Assembly (NCBI RefSeq): GCF_006345805.1
Contig: NW_021832246.1
Location: forward strand, 1-61,815
Length of the DNA: 61,815 nt
Reading direction: 5' to 3'
From: Octopus sinensis
Lineage: Eukaryota
The number at the start of each line of letters is the position of its first letter. The first letter of the stretch is position 1. A model generated the notes under the pieces. It had not been told where the DNA came from and ran no database searches. It saw only the letters and a list, made by a program, of their open reading frames with translations. Positions 1-13,339 of the stretch are shown here, in pieces. The position numbers and the translations under genes are program-made.

Positions 1-489
1 AGTGCCCCAGTATGGCCGCAGTTCTATGACCGCAGCAAAAATAAAAGGTAAAATAGTTTTCAAATCTAACATACATTCGCCGCACATTATTACAAATTCA
101 CAAGCTTATGCCAAAACTGTGTGGTTGCCCTTACACAAGACCACAGCATTCCAGTTATCTCTTTCTCTCACCTATTCCATATTCCACCAGGTGACATGGC
201 ACTCCGAGATTATTTAGAATCGGTCTACCAAGAGCATTACACACGGTAAGACCCCTACATTGTTTGACTAACCCACAGGTACTTATTTCCTGTGTAAAAT
301 TCTGAGTAACAGCGGGGTGAATCGCCAACTCATTGTCAACAATATATAAAATATACAGGATTTGTTAAGTAACTTTTCTTACTCTGGATACATACACACA
401 TATGAATGCATACGTATATATAAATACACAAGCACACACGCATATGTACACACACACACACACACATATATATATAAATAATTGAGTAG

Positions 490-735
490 TTGAATGAATT
501 ATCTTATTATGGATAATTCGGTTAACCGATACCTGGGTAGCAAATTCACGTCAGAAAAACACGGTTGAAGCTACATGCCTAAGGCAGAGATCGCGTGCTA
601 TCGTGTGGAAATTTGTGTGTTTTTTTTTAATACGTATTCCTAATTTCGAATGAATTATGTCGCCTGATGAGAATGCGAAAATATATGTCGAAAATAAAGG
701 AATTTTGTTAATTCGTCGTTCAACTCCATTCTTTC

Positions 736-737
<2 letters not shown>
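490..737 (+). mobile_element. Penelope-like terminal-repeat fragment with degenerate hammerhead core
   Basis: CTGATGA-G-AATG-C-GAAA-atatat-GTC at 664-689. Downstream sequence matches 33290-33342, and 492-557 is the reverse complement of 33421-33490. Flanked by (TA)n. Confidence 0.6.
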
Positions 738-781
<44 letters not shown>

Positions 782-829
782 GTTTGTGCATGTATATTTA
801 TGGATGGGTATATGTCTATAGATTATATA

Positions 830-863
830 GGCGCAGGAGTGGCTGTGTGGTAAGTAGCTTGCT
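830..863 (+). mobile_element. tRNA-derived SINE family S1, 5' piece (A-box side) split by insertion
   Basis: GGCGCAGGAGTGGCTGTGTGGTAAGTAGCTTGCT; continues at 3171. Uninterrupted relative at 11866-12021. Confidence 0.9.
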
Positions 864-3170
864 AACAGGTTGCTTCTACGCATGTGCAAGTCAATGTGGT
901 GCTGGACACCGAAGATGTAAGACGTGTTTATGAAAGCCGTCTTAAATTGAAGACTTTTGAATACTCAGCCGTAAGGTAACAATTTTGCGGGGCTAGTGGG
1001 GACCTGTTGTATGTTGCAAATTATTTTTACAAGCAAGAAGTCCTCACTAGACTCTGGTCTACCTGAGGCTGAGTGAAAATATTCACTTAATTGTGAAAAT
1101 TATTGGTTTGGAGGGCGTATCCTGCCAAACTTTCGTTTGAAAATAGTGTCAAATTTTGGCCGTAACGGTGAATTGAGAATTATTCTTGTGGGCGTATCTC
1201 GCAAGAAAACTATAAGAATAAGCCACTTGGATTACCTTTTGAACCAATTTTTGTGGAAGTTGTGTTCCAGTTGCGGCGTTCCAGGTTCAACTCAGGCTGG
1301 GAGTACCGTAAGGCCAGAAGATTTTTGCTGTGTTTTGCTGTTTATTGACTTTCTTTTGAACTTTATTTAACTCACCTTTTTATTTTTTTGGTTTATTGCG
1401 ACTTTCCGTTGATTTCTTCCCTTCTGTTGTGATTTCTCCTTTTAGTTTTTTCAAAAAATCTATCGAATTTTATTTGGACTTTTGAACTTTTTTCTTCTCG
1501 CTTTTTAAGTTTATTTTGAATATATTTCAAAAAAAAAACATGGCAATGAAAAATGACAAAATTTTGGAATAGGAGATTATACCGCCTAAAAAGTGGTTAA
1601 AAGACCGTGAAGATAGGACGGTGGTGTTGAGAACCTACTCCAAGACACTCGACACCATCGCCCTATTCGAAAAGACGGCAATTGAAAAGGAGTTGGCAGA
1701 GTATTTGCCAACAAATAAATTCATTTCCAGGAGTGTCAGATATGCAACGGTGTAGTTGCTATTTGACACCCCTGAAGAGGCTTGCAAATTTGCTAGTAAA
1801 CCCCTGGAGGGTAAGGAAATTTTATTTCTGCCCACGTACCAAAGAAAGAGACTGACGAAAGCTTGGATCTGCGGGCTGCCACCCGGCATAATACCAGAGT
1901 GGATAGAGGAGACTATCCGCCGGGGTCTGGGTAGCAGCGGAACTAAGCTTCTTAATGTGAAAGTTCTTCCTGCGGCTGTTTGGGTTGGGTCAAAAGCAAT
2001 TTTGACCCTTTGGACCCAATCAGCCAATCTGGTTCTTCCAGATTGTTTGAAAATGGCCGGGTGTAGGTACCCGGTGATACTTTAGGGTCGCCCCCCTAGG
2101 TGTCATCGGTGCTTGGAGTCCGGCCATATAAAGAAGAACTGTCCTCGGGAACAAAATAGGATCCCGGAGCAGTTAAGTGAAACCCCTGTAGAAGAGCGAA
2201 TTAAAACGGCCGAGGAAGCGGAGGACTCCTCAAACAGAGGCCGAAAGAGGAAGGTGAGCAACAATGGGTGCTCACCAAAGGATACTAGAGATGAGGAGGG
2301 AAAGGTGAATCTTCCGGCCACGGAGGAGACGCACCCTCCCTCAGTTGAAAAGAAAAAAAAAAGAGGAAGAGAAACGGGACGTTACCGGCAGTCGGTGACA
2401 TAGTACCTGAATGTCCCGGAACTACGTCGGTTGGGGTTGTGCCACCGACAGGAGAAGAAACACCGTTGGCGGGAACTGTGCCGCCAACGAAAGAATTGAA
2501 TATCCCGCACCCGAGCAAAAACGATGTATTGATCCCCTTCCATAGAGGCGGAGAGATTGAAAAGGTGATGGAAAAGCACCATAAGGGAGCACCTTTAGCC
2601 TTCACACAGGACCCCGAATGGCCTCCGCAGGTAGCTGTGGAGGCCGTGGCGTTCGACGTGACGCTTGGGCTGAAGGAGCTCAATGAGGATTATAGCTTGG
2701 TCCCGGGCGACGCTAACACGGAACGCGATTACATTCTGAGGGAGGCGTGGTGGATGGTGGAGGGTGCGGGCACAATTTATTTTGAGGACGAGTCATAAAT
2801 TGTGATACGACTTGAGGGGCCCCGACTTAGAGCTGCGCATTCCTAAGGGAAGTGTAACCCAGGTCTGGGAGGAGGGGCTTTGTGTATTGTATTTATATCA
2901 TATGTAATTATTGAACTATGTTGTTGTTAGTAATGGACTGTTAAGTCCAAAAATTGAAAAGTTGTAAAAATTGTAAGAGGTTTAATACCTCGTTTTGTGT
3001 TTGTTTTTAAAAGAACAATGTTTTAGAGGAGCAGAAGTCGGCGGGCGCTTTTTGTCTTCTCCCATCCTCATCATCTTTCTTTCATTACCATTCATTTCAT
3101 TAATGTCCCCGTCCAGCCCGCAAAGCTAACTTACTCTATGTACTGCCTTTATGGCAAATGTTATGAAACA
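864..3170 (+). mobile_element. ORF1-only non-LTR retroelement (Tx1/HAL1-like), copy 1
   Basis: Bounded by direct repeat AAGTAGCTTGCT (852-863, 3171-3182). Long 5' UTR, one gag-like ORF, ~370-bp 3' UTR, no RT. Homologous copy at 44555-46772. Confidence 0.9.
1540..2798 (+). pseudogene. Disrupted ORF1 (RRM-like region + CCHC zinc knuckle CHRCLESGHIKKNC, basic/Pro-rich tail)
   Basis: ATG at 1540; in-frame TAG at 1570, 1753 and 2083 (copy 2 has TGG and GAG at the first and third). Frameshift in the A-run near 2350; TAA at 2796-2798. C-x2-C-x4-H-x4-C motif at ~2101-2142. Confidence 0.85.
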
Positions 3171-3339
3171 AAGTAGCTTGCTTCCCAACCACATTGGTTC
3201 CGGGTTCAGTCCCACTGCGTGGTATCTTGGGCAAGTGTATTTCACTATAGCCTCGGGCCGACTAATGCCTTGTGAGTGGATCTGGTAGACGAAAACTGAA
3301 AGAAGCCCGTCGTATATATGTATACGTATATGTATATAT

Positions 3340-3380
<41 letters not shown>

Positions 3381-3590
3381 CATGTGTTTGTGTGTCTGTG
3401 TTTGTCTCTCACCACCAAACATCACTTAACAACCGATGTTGGTGTGTTTACGTCCCCGAAACTTAGCGGTTCGGCCAAACAGACCGAGAGAATAATTACT
3501 AGGCTTACAAAGAATAAGTCCTGGGGCAATTTGTTCGACTAAAGGCAGTACTCCAGCATGGCTTCAGTCAAATGACAGAAACAAGTAAAG
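3171..3590 (+). mobile_element. SINE S1, 3' piece (B-box, central domain, internal TA/TG microsatellite, 3' tail)
   Basis: GGTTCAGTCCC B-box-like motif; matches 11881-12021 plus 12430-12635, and 46773-47215. Confidence 0.9.
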
Positions 3591-4031
3591 TTATCTATTA
3601 ATAAATATGAGAATATATATACATTTACATATACATGCATATATACATACATACATACATACATACATACTACATACATACATACATACATACATATAGA
3701 CATATAAATATAAGTTATGTAGGTATAAGTTAGAGGTGTTTAAAACCTCCAAAGGATGGTTAAATCCAAAGGTGCTCCTGGTAATTACCTGAGTAGGTAC
3801 ATTCCTTGGTAAATGGCATACGGTAGCAGGCAATTCAGAGGTTAAACCTTAGTTTAAATTATATGCAAGAAGAAAATGGAAATAGGGTTACATATATACA
3901 TTATATACCAAAAGTAAATGGAGGAAAAATAACAGGAACGACCAACTTCTTCCTGTTATTTCTCTTCCATTTTCTTCGTCCATATAAATATATATATATA
4001 TATACTTATACATATACATACATTTATATGC

Positions 4032-4062
<31 letters not shown>

Positions 4063-4128
4063 TATATGCCATATCCATATCTACATCTATATCTATATCT
4101 ATCATTCAAACACACATGTATAAGTGTG

Positions 4129-4163
<35 letters not shown>

Positions 4164-4617
4164 GTGTTTGTGTGTGTATGTACACCGACTCTGTCATATT
4201 ACCATAGTATTCTACATAGCTATCCATCGCAAGCTCACGCTGTCCTCTTCCAGTTTACTTCTACTTACATTCACAACATTGACATCTCTCCCTATTCTCT
4301 TCCTCTTCCCGCTTCATCTTCAATACCCCTTCATCTCCGGTTCCTCATCTCTTCCAATCGCTAGCAAATTACACATGTACGGTCTCACATCTACAGAGTT
4401 AACCACACGCAGACAAACACACTAACTCTCTCGCACACAGATGCTATCGTACATTAATTCATCTTAAATATACTCACAAAATTCTGAATTTACAAAATGA
4501 TAAACATGCCACTACACATATTATATAATATTATTAATATACATGCACACATACAGCCATGCATACACACACACACACGCACATACACATATATACGTAT
4601 ATGATGTGTATGTCCGC

Positions 4618-4665
<48 letters not shown>

Positions 4666-4783
4666 GAATGTATATACATCTTTATAATATGCATTTATAT
4701 TCATATATCTAAATATATAATAAATATAAATATATATATTATATATATATATATAATATATATATATATAATATATATATATA

Positions 4784-4824
<41 letters not shown>

Positions 4825-5343
4825 CGTACACACACATACATACACACACATACATATCCATGCATATTGGTCTTTTATTATAGCAGTTTTCTCTGAAACG
4901 ATAGATTAAAACACGTCTTAAATGCGTTCAGCAATTCAATGAATATTTATAAATGTCTAAATAGGAATCGAAACGAGAGCGAAAACCAAACGAGGAAAAT
5001 ACAAAAAGAGAACATCATATAACTAAAACGAAACGAAACAAAATGTATAAGCATTACGTTTCTATTTCATTTTACATGTTTTATCATCGTTGTAGTTAGT
5101 TGCTGTTGGTTCCGTTTTTTGTTGTTTATATTTTTTTGTTTTTTTTTGTGGTTTATTGTTCGCTTGTTTTCGTTTTATTGTTATAAAACAAAGAGAAATT
5201 GAAGAAGAGATTAAAGAGAAATAAACTAAAATAAAATAAAATAAAACGAAAGAAAATTAGTAATATGGCCGACAAAGATAACCACAAACGGCAAAATACA
5301 AAATGAGAACGAAGAAATAATAATAATAATAATAATAATATAA

Positions 5344-5389
<46 letters not shown>

Positions 5390-5812
5390 GTAATAATAAT
5401 AATAATAGTAATGATAATAATAACAATGGCGATAAAACAACAAATGTAAGAACAGCAACAACAACAGCGACGATGGCTGCGGCTGCAATGTTGGCGACAA
5501 CACAAAATGAAGCTAAATAAAAGAAAAAACAAAAAGAAGAGGCAAACAAGAAACAATAACAGCAGCAACAATTACTATGAGAATGAAACAAATCTTCAAA
5601 CTGTCGGCCATTTTGTGTTAGGAATTAATGTTATTAGAGAAAGAGAGAGAGAGAAAGAGATTATGTGTGTGAATGTGTGTATGAGTACGTATGTGTGAGT
5701 ACGAGTGTATGTATGTGTTTGTGAACTAGTTTGCGTATGAGAGTAAGTGAGAGTATGGGGTTAGAGGGAGGCAGTGAGAGGGAGATATTTATCCAATGGA
5801 TTTCACATTGGC

Positions 5813-5851
<39 letters not shown>

Positions 5852-5884
5852 TATATATATGTATATATATGCATATATACATTT

Positions 5885-5916
<32 letters not shown>

Positions 5917-5958
5917 CACATATATACATACATACATATTTATATATATATATATATA

Positions 5959-6007
<49 letters not shown>

Positions 6008-6299
6008 ATGATAATTTCTGGCATTTTGTTTTGAAGAATTAGAAGGAAGAGATGAAGAACGAGAAAGAAGAAAATGAGAAAGGGGAAGGGAAAGAAATGA
6101 GGAGAAGAAGAAGTAGAGTGAAGAGGAGAGGAGAAGCGATAGCCACAAGAGAAGGAATGCAAAGAAAAAGAAACGGTGCGAGTCGGTGGCGAGTAATTGT
6201 TCAGTAATTCTTATCGCGGTCAGTATGGTCATCGTAGGAGCGATCATTACTACCATCACTAATCATCGTGTTCATCGCCGACATCCCCACCCCTTCATG

Positions 6300-6797
6300 A
6301 TCATAGTCATCGTCGTTGTCGTCGTCACTATCTTCCTCATCATTATCATTATCATCGTTATCGTCACTGCCATCATCATCCTTGTCGACAACGTCTTCGT
6401 TGTCGTCATCATCATCATCATCATCGTCATTTTCATCATCGTCCACACTGTTGTCATTATCATTAGCGTCACCCTCCTCTTCATCATCGTCATCGTCCTC
6501 ACCATCATCGTCATCCTTTTCATCATCATCGTCATTGTTCTTATCGTCATTATCAACTTCATCATCGTCGTCATCATTATCATCATCATCATCATCATCA
6601 TCGTCGTCGTCGTTATCGTCATCATCATCATCGTCGTCGTCGGTTTCATCATCGTCATTACTGTCATCATCATCATCATCACCACCATTATCATCATCAT
6701 GATCGTCGTCGTCGTCGTCGTTATCATCATCGTCGGTTTCATCAACGTCATTACATTTTCCACAATCATTATCGTCATCAACATTATTGTTGTCATC
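6300..6797. repeat. Long degenerate (ATC/GTC)n trinucleotide tract
   Basis: Direct reading; produces poly-I/V, poly-S, poly-D and poly-M pseudo-ORFs. Confidence 0.95.
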
Positions 6798-7667
6798 GGA
6801 ATTTCAAATCAGAATGTAAAAATGCCCAAAGAAAATGCCGCTAAGCATTTTATCCGACGTGCTCGGAAAACATAAAGCGAATCATGATACAGAATATGAC
6901 TGTAAAGAATACGGATGCTGCAAATAAACAAGCCAATTTGTCGTTGAAGCCGATTCTTAACCAATTATTCAGCTACAGGCATGATATGTTAGATATTTCA
7001 CAGGATGAAAGTTATGACTGACTGCATTACAAACCGCCCACAGAAAAAAAAAAACTGGAAAATTTCTATTCCTACAAACAAGGAGATAAATAAAAAAAAA
7101 GAACGCAAACAATTAAAGATAGTTTTTTTTTTGTTAGGAAAAAGCATTGTAAGAAATGTTACCTAATTCTTGTATCAGTTCCTTCCACCAGAGAATAATT
7201 TATCTGTAAAAGAAATGGAGAAACTTAACGTAATAGAAATATTTGAGAAATGATATAACAAGAATGGGAGGAATAAACTGGAATTGTAAGAATAAAAATA
7301 GACACAAAAGTTTAGAGCAAAAGGAGTTTTGGCAACGATCTTTTTTTAAAAATGCAGTTGTATGCATAACGAAAGCCCTAGAATTTTCGCTTCAGTTGTG
7401 ATGAATGTTATTGGAATAAAAACAAATATTGTAGAATAAAACTTAACGAGGTATTGGTTAGGGGTTATATTGGAAAAGATTTAGGAAGCTGGAAAACGTA
7501 CAGCCGAGAATTTCATGATACGTGCAAAACTAGAAAACGGTCATATCCATTGTGTTTTGGTCTGGTGCAAAATAAACACAGATTTTCTTTTGCAATTTTA
7601 TGTTTGTTTACAGAAAAAAAAGGAACTTTTACGTAGCAATGTTCACACAATATGCTATTCTTCGGCG

Positions 7668-7726
<59 letters not shown>

Positions 7727-7734
7727 TAATAATA

Positions 7735-8005
7735 ATAGTGGAATCTAAGAACAAAAACAATTCCTATCATAGTAGGTGCATTAGGCATGATAAAAAAATA
7801 TTCAGACAAACACATAACAAAAAAACCCGGACTTCCAAACACATATAACATACAGAAAATTGCACTACTAGGCACTGCACACATCCTACGCAGAATATTT
7901 CAATACAGTAACCATCAGAGCATCACAACAAATCACAGCACATACCCAAGGCACACAGAGCTGCGATCGGTAGTGAAGTGAAAGCAGGTTATAAAAATAA
8001 AACTA
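7735..8005 (+). mobile_element. Dong/R4-type RLE LINE 3' fragment in (AAT)n
   Basis: Translates WNLRTKTIPIIVGALGMIKK...IQKIALLGTAHILRRIF, the C-terminus typical of R4/Dong elements; (AAT)n on both sides. Confidence 0.8.
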
Positions 8006-8036
8006 CTGAATAATAATAATAATAATAATAATAATG

Positions 8037-8094
<58 letters not shown>

Positions 8095-8865
8095 GAATAA
8101 TAAGAATAATTATAATTATTATAATTATTATTATTATTATTATTATTATTGTTATTATTATTATTATTATTCGTTTAATATAATCAGCTGCTATGTACCT
8201 GTACCTATACGTATGTGTGACAGTTGCATATTTGTACCATGTATACCATCTATGTCGTACATTATACGTTATGACACAGATACACAAACATATGCATACA
8301 TCTATATACGCACACGCACACATACACACACATATATACACATATATATATATATATACGTATGTATACATACATACATATATGTACATAGACACAAACA
8401 CACAGATGCACACACATACACATATGTATTACTTAAAATATACTATATATATAAATATATATACATATACACAAGGAAAACAGACAGGTCTGAGGAATAC
8501 ATCCGCTTAACAGAGGGCACCATATTGAAATAGAGATCATTACAAGAATTGAGCGAAACAAAATCAACATTCTTCTTTTAAAGTTTCAAGTAAAAGATTA
8601 GTGATGTTTTCTACGTTACAGAAAGTACACGGGAAAAGTGAGAATTTTCTTACACCCGTTGATATCAACATTACAAAGAAATTCTTTCTGTAGATAAAAA
8701 TAATCTACAGAAGTTATAGGGTGATGCATCGTATAATCATAGACACCCTACGTAATAAAACTTTCTTCTCCATATTGATTCTTTTCCGAATCGGTCACCC
8801 TTCCAAATCCACATGTATCGATCAAAACGCGCCTTTGTTTGCGCGTGTGTGTATAGATATATATT

Positions 8866-8945
<80 letters not shown>

Positions 8946-9232
8946 GTACACACACACATATATATATATATAATATATATATATACACACATATGTGTGT
9001 ATGTGTGGGTGTATAGACTATAGTCGTGGATTAACGTTGCGACCAAAGGTTTCATGCGGAAAATTGAAAGAGTCGCAATCAATATTGAGGTGGATTATTT
9101 AAAATCTAATGCAGTCCGCTTGAAAATTGGGGAATTTCCTGCTTGAAACTATTCTCTGCGTGGTTAATCCACAAATAAACTATATTTTCATCTACCAAAT
9201 GACTTCTTACTGCTCACTTCAGTTGTGTTTGA

Positions 9233-9270
<38 letters not shown>

Positions 9271-9315
9271 AGACATATATGTATCAAAATAAGCAACAAG
9301 GATATCCAGCGGTAA

Positions 9316-9402
9316 TGCAGTACGATCGTTTCATGCAACTCTATTGAATTGAACAATGCAATCATTACATCAATTTAAAATGCAGAGGAAACTTCAGCTG
9401 CA
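9316..9402 (-). ncRNA. Degenerate type I hammerhead motif
   Basis: Minus strand: TGCAG-CTGAAG(t)...GAAAC-GATC-GTA-CTGCA. 5-bp stem I and palindromic stem III; A9 altered and stem II base unpaired. Confidence 0.55.
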
Positions 9403-9853
9403 CAAAGACATAGAATTTAATTAAGTCAGAACAGATGGACACATTAGTATAAATATACTTAAAATATCCATGAAGTTAAGGAGATAGACAAAGAACATGG
9501 TGTCTCACTCCAGTTTAGAAGTTACATCAACTTAAGTACCATATTCATCTGAATCTAAATTATATATATATATACAGAAAGGTAATAAAGGAAAGATAGA
9601 GAGAGTAATGCAGATAACCACAGACTTGACGGTACATATGTACATGTGTGTATGTATCGAATTTTGAATAAATACACCGGAACAACCATATATTTACAAA
9701 CACCAGGAACTCCCTTAATTCAAAATCTTATCACTTTGTTAACAAAATTTTGCAATCTCTTAAGAAGAGCTTCAATAAGCCTCAAAGCAAAATCACATAT
9801 ATATATGTATGTGTGTTGTATATATAAATATATATATATATAATATATATATA

Positions 9854-9905
<52 letters not shown>

Positions 9906-9913
9906 ATATATAA

Positions 9914-10561
9914 AATCAGAAAATGGAGAAAAGCTCGGATTAACAAACGCATCAATTGGACCACATTTATAGCTTATTTTTTAAATATACAAAGCATGAC
10001 ATAACAAATAGGTGACGTAACAAGTCTTACGGCCGTTTCCGCATCTGTTTCCAAGCCTCGCCTATAAATAACTGCGAAAATAAAATTCTTCCTCTTCATA
10101 GGACATTAGGATTAAGGCACGGAACTTCATTAGAGTAAAGAACAAGACCATCCAATACAAACAAAGCGAAGAAGAAATAGGAAAGAAAACGTGGCCTAGA
10201 AACGAAGCCTATAAGCCAATATATTAAAAGGAAATAATCCACTATTTTGGGGGCTACGAGGTCCGTAGGTCCGTTTCTAGGCCATGTCTTCTTTCCTATC
10301 CATCCTTCCCTTTGTTTATATTGGATGGTCGTGTTCTTTACTCTGATGACGCTCCGTGCCTTAATCCGAATGTCCTATGAAGATGGAGAATTCTATTTTT
10401 GCAATTATTGATAAGTAGCGCTTGGGAGCGGATGCGGAAACGGCCGTAAGAATTCTTACGTCACCCATTTGTTATGTCATACTTTGTATTAAAAAAAATA
10501 AGCTATAAATGTGGTCCAATCGATGTGTTTGTTAATCTTAGGCTTTTTCCATTTTCTGATT
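9914..10561. mobile_element. Fold-back element: ~290-bp inverted arms each carrying a hammerhead-like core
   Basis: 9914-10204 is a diverged reverse complement of 10272-10561. Right arm has CTGATGA (10343) ... GAAAC-GGCC-GTA (10437-10448). Confidence 0.8.
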
Positions 10562-10721
10562 ATTTGTATTTGTTTCCTGATAAACGCTTATCACCTGCAG
10601 TCTACGAGCATAGTGTGCCTGCATACCAAGCCCGGGTAACGGATACCGATAGTACATACGGATTTTTATCATTTGGTCGGTTATTACAACCGCTAACTCT
10701 CTCTCTATATATATATGTATG

Positions 10722-10768
<47 letters not shown>

Positions 10769-10816
10769 TATATATATATATATAATATATAGATAAAGCA
10801 AAATGATATATTACAT

Positions 10817-10863
<47 letters not shown>

Positions 10864-11199
10864 AGGTGATTCAAAAGTCGCCATACATAGGAACAATTTA
10901 TTTCTTATTAGAATCAATTTATAAGAACAGTTTATTTTTTATTTAAGAAGCTCTATATGGTTACCCTTGTTTTGAATACACATTGTAATACGCTTACCCC
11001 ATACGTTGTGAACATGTAGTAGCACATCTGGTGATACTTGTGCAAACGAGTTGGTGATGCGTTCCTTCAAATCACTTATATCAAGTGATTTATGCCCCCC
11101 AAGATAGAAATCAAAAGAAATTAGATCAGAGGATCTAGGAACTGTTTCTGATAAAAAAAATAAATGTTTCCTATGTATGGAGAGTTTTGAATCACCCTG
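10864..11199 (-). mobile_element. Internally deleted Tc1/mariner element
   Basis: ~30-bp TIRs (AGGTGATTCAAAA..CCATACATAGGA) with TA flanks; remnant PRSSDLISFDFYLGG...LKERIT...CIQNKGNHIE resembles the transposase C-terminus (WPPRSPDL motif). Confidence 0.85.
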
Positions 11200-11286
11200 T
11201 ACATATACATATATATGCATATTGATAAAGATTAAAGGGAAAATGAATAAGCAAAGCGTTTCGATATAGAATATAGATATACAGAG

Positions 11287-11377
11287 TCTCTTACAACTGT
11301 TTCTAAGATAATGAGGTGCGTGGATCATCATATGGATTAAGGATTCCCTAGGGCTGAGTATGCTGTCATCAGAGAGA
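11287..11377 (-). ncRNA. Hammerhead-like motif in Penelope-like repeat
   Basis: Minus strand: TCTCT-CTGATGA...GAAAC-AGTT-GTA-AGAGA. Perfect 5-bp stem I, stem II degenerate; relatives at 23330-23430 and 42057-42104. Confidence 0.6.
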
Positions 11378-11865
11378 TGTAAAAGCGAAAGACTCTAAAC
11401 GAGGATATTAGTGTATTCCGGTTAGCCAAGAATCTGGGAAGGGATCAGAGGAATATAGGAATGCGTTAGATAGATCCATGATCAAATAAAAAATATGGTT
11501 CCGGGTCATGACCAATGACAGGATCAAATGAGAATGTTCGGTGATAATTCTTGGCGAAGAATACAAGTAGAAGAGGAATATTATACAATTGTCACGAGGA
11601 AAGACGGAGAAGTTGGATGTATGGTGTAAATACATACTAGCCAGTATAGTGGCTATAATTAGTCGAGAAAGGTTAGGGCGTGCATGTACAGAGACCATGT
11701 CTATTCACCATAAGACATATTTCATATGATAATAGGACCCATAAAATCGTACATATAGGATAAACACGTAATAAATCTCATATTTGAAATTCTTCAGTCA
11801 GAGGAAGAAATAATATGATAACTACATACGGAATTGGAATATTAGAATTAGAATAAGAATACTAA

Positions 11866-12635
<770 letters not shown>

Positions 12636-13339
12636 TATACATTCGTATGTTTTTACAGATTTCACCTCTGTCATGATTATACCTGTTGCAGTTAAAATGT
12701 GTTACAAAATGAAAATAACAATTATTACAAATATGAAATTTGCACTCAAAAAATATAAAATGCAATAAATTTCTGTGATTCAGATATACGTTTCTATAAA
12801 GATATGAAATAATTCAAGATGGAAAAATACCAGGAAACATTTCTATTGTTGTAATTTAAACTATTGTCGCAAGATATATTCAATTTCGTTTAACTAATAA
12901 CAATATTCCTCAATATAAAGCCGCGATGGAAAATTTTAATTATTATAGATTCAAACTTCTTCATAAGTATATTTCTTGCAGTCAGTTCTTTATCTTTTGG
13001 AGAAAGAATCACTTTTGCTCCTACAATAGACTAGACTTATACTGAAATTAAATAAAAGCTTATAGAAATCTCCCTCGCAGTAATATAAATGACTTTAGAA
13101 CTTGGCAATTTTCAAATAAATAGAGACGTGAGTTGGTGTAAATTATTGAAAAAAATTAGTCTACACTAAATATTAAGTGTTATGGGTATCGCTGCATTTA
13201 AGCGAATAAAGGACGACGTCCTGATACAGTCCAACTCATATACTATTGGATAATGAGTTTTACACGGTCTCTCAGAATTCTTAGATCGTAGGCAAGATGC
13301 ATAATGCTAAACCAAATGGCTATGATATATTGGTTTCAA

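Noticed and set aside
6186-6875. 229-aa hydrophobic 'membrane protein' ORF
   Set aside because: It is an (ATC/GTC)n tract open in several frames on both strands; no complexity or splice support.
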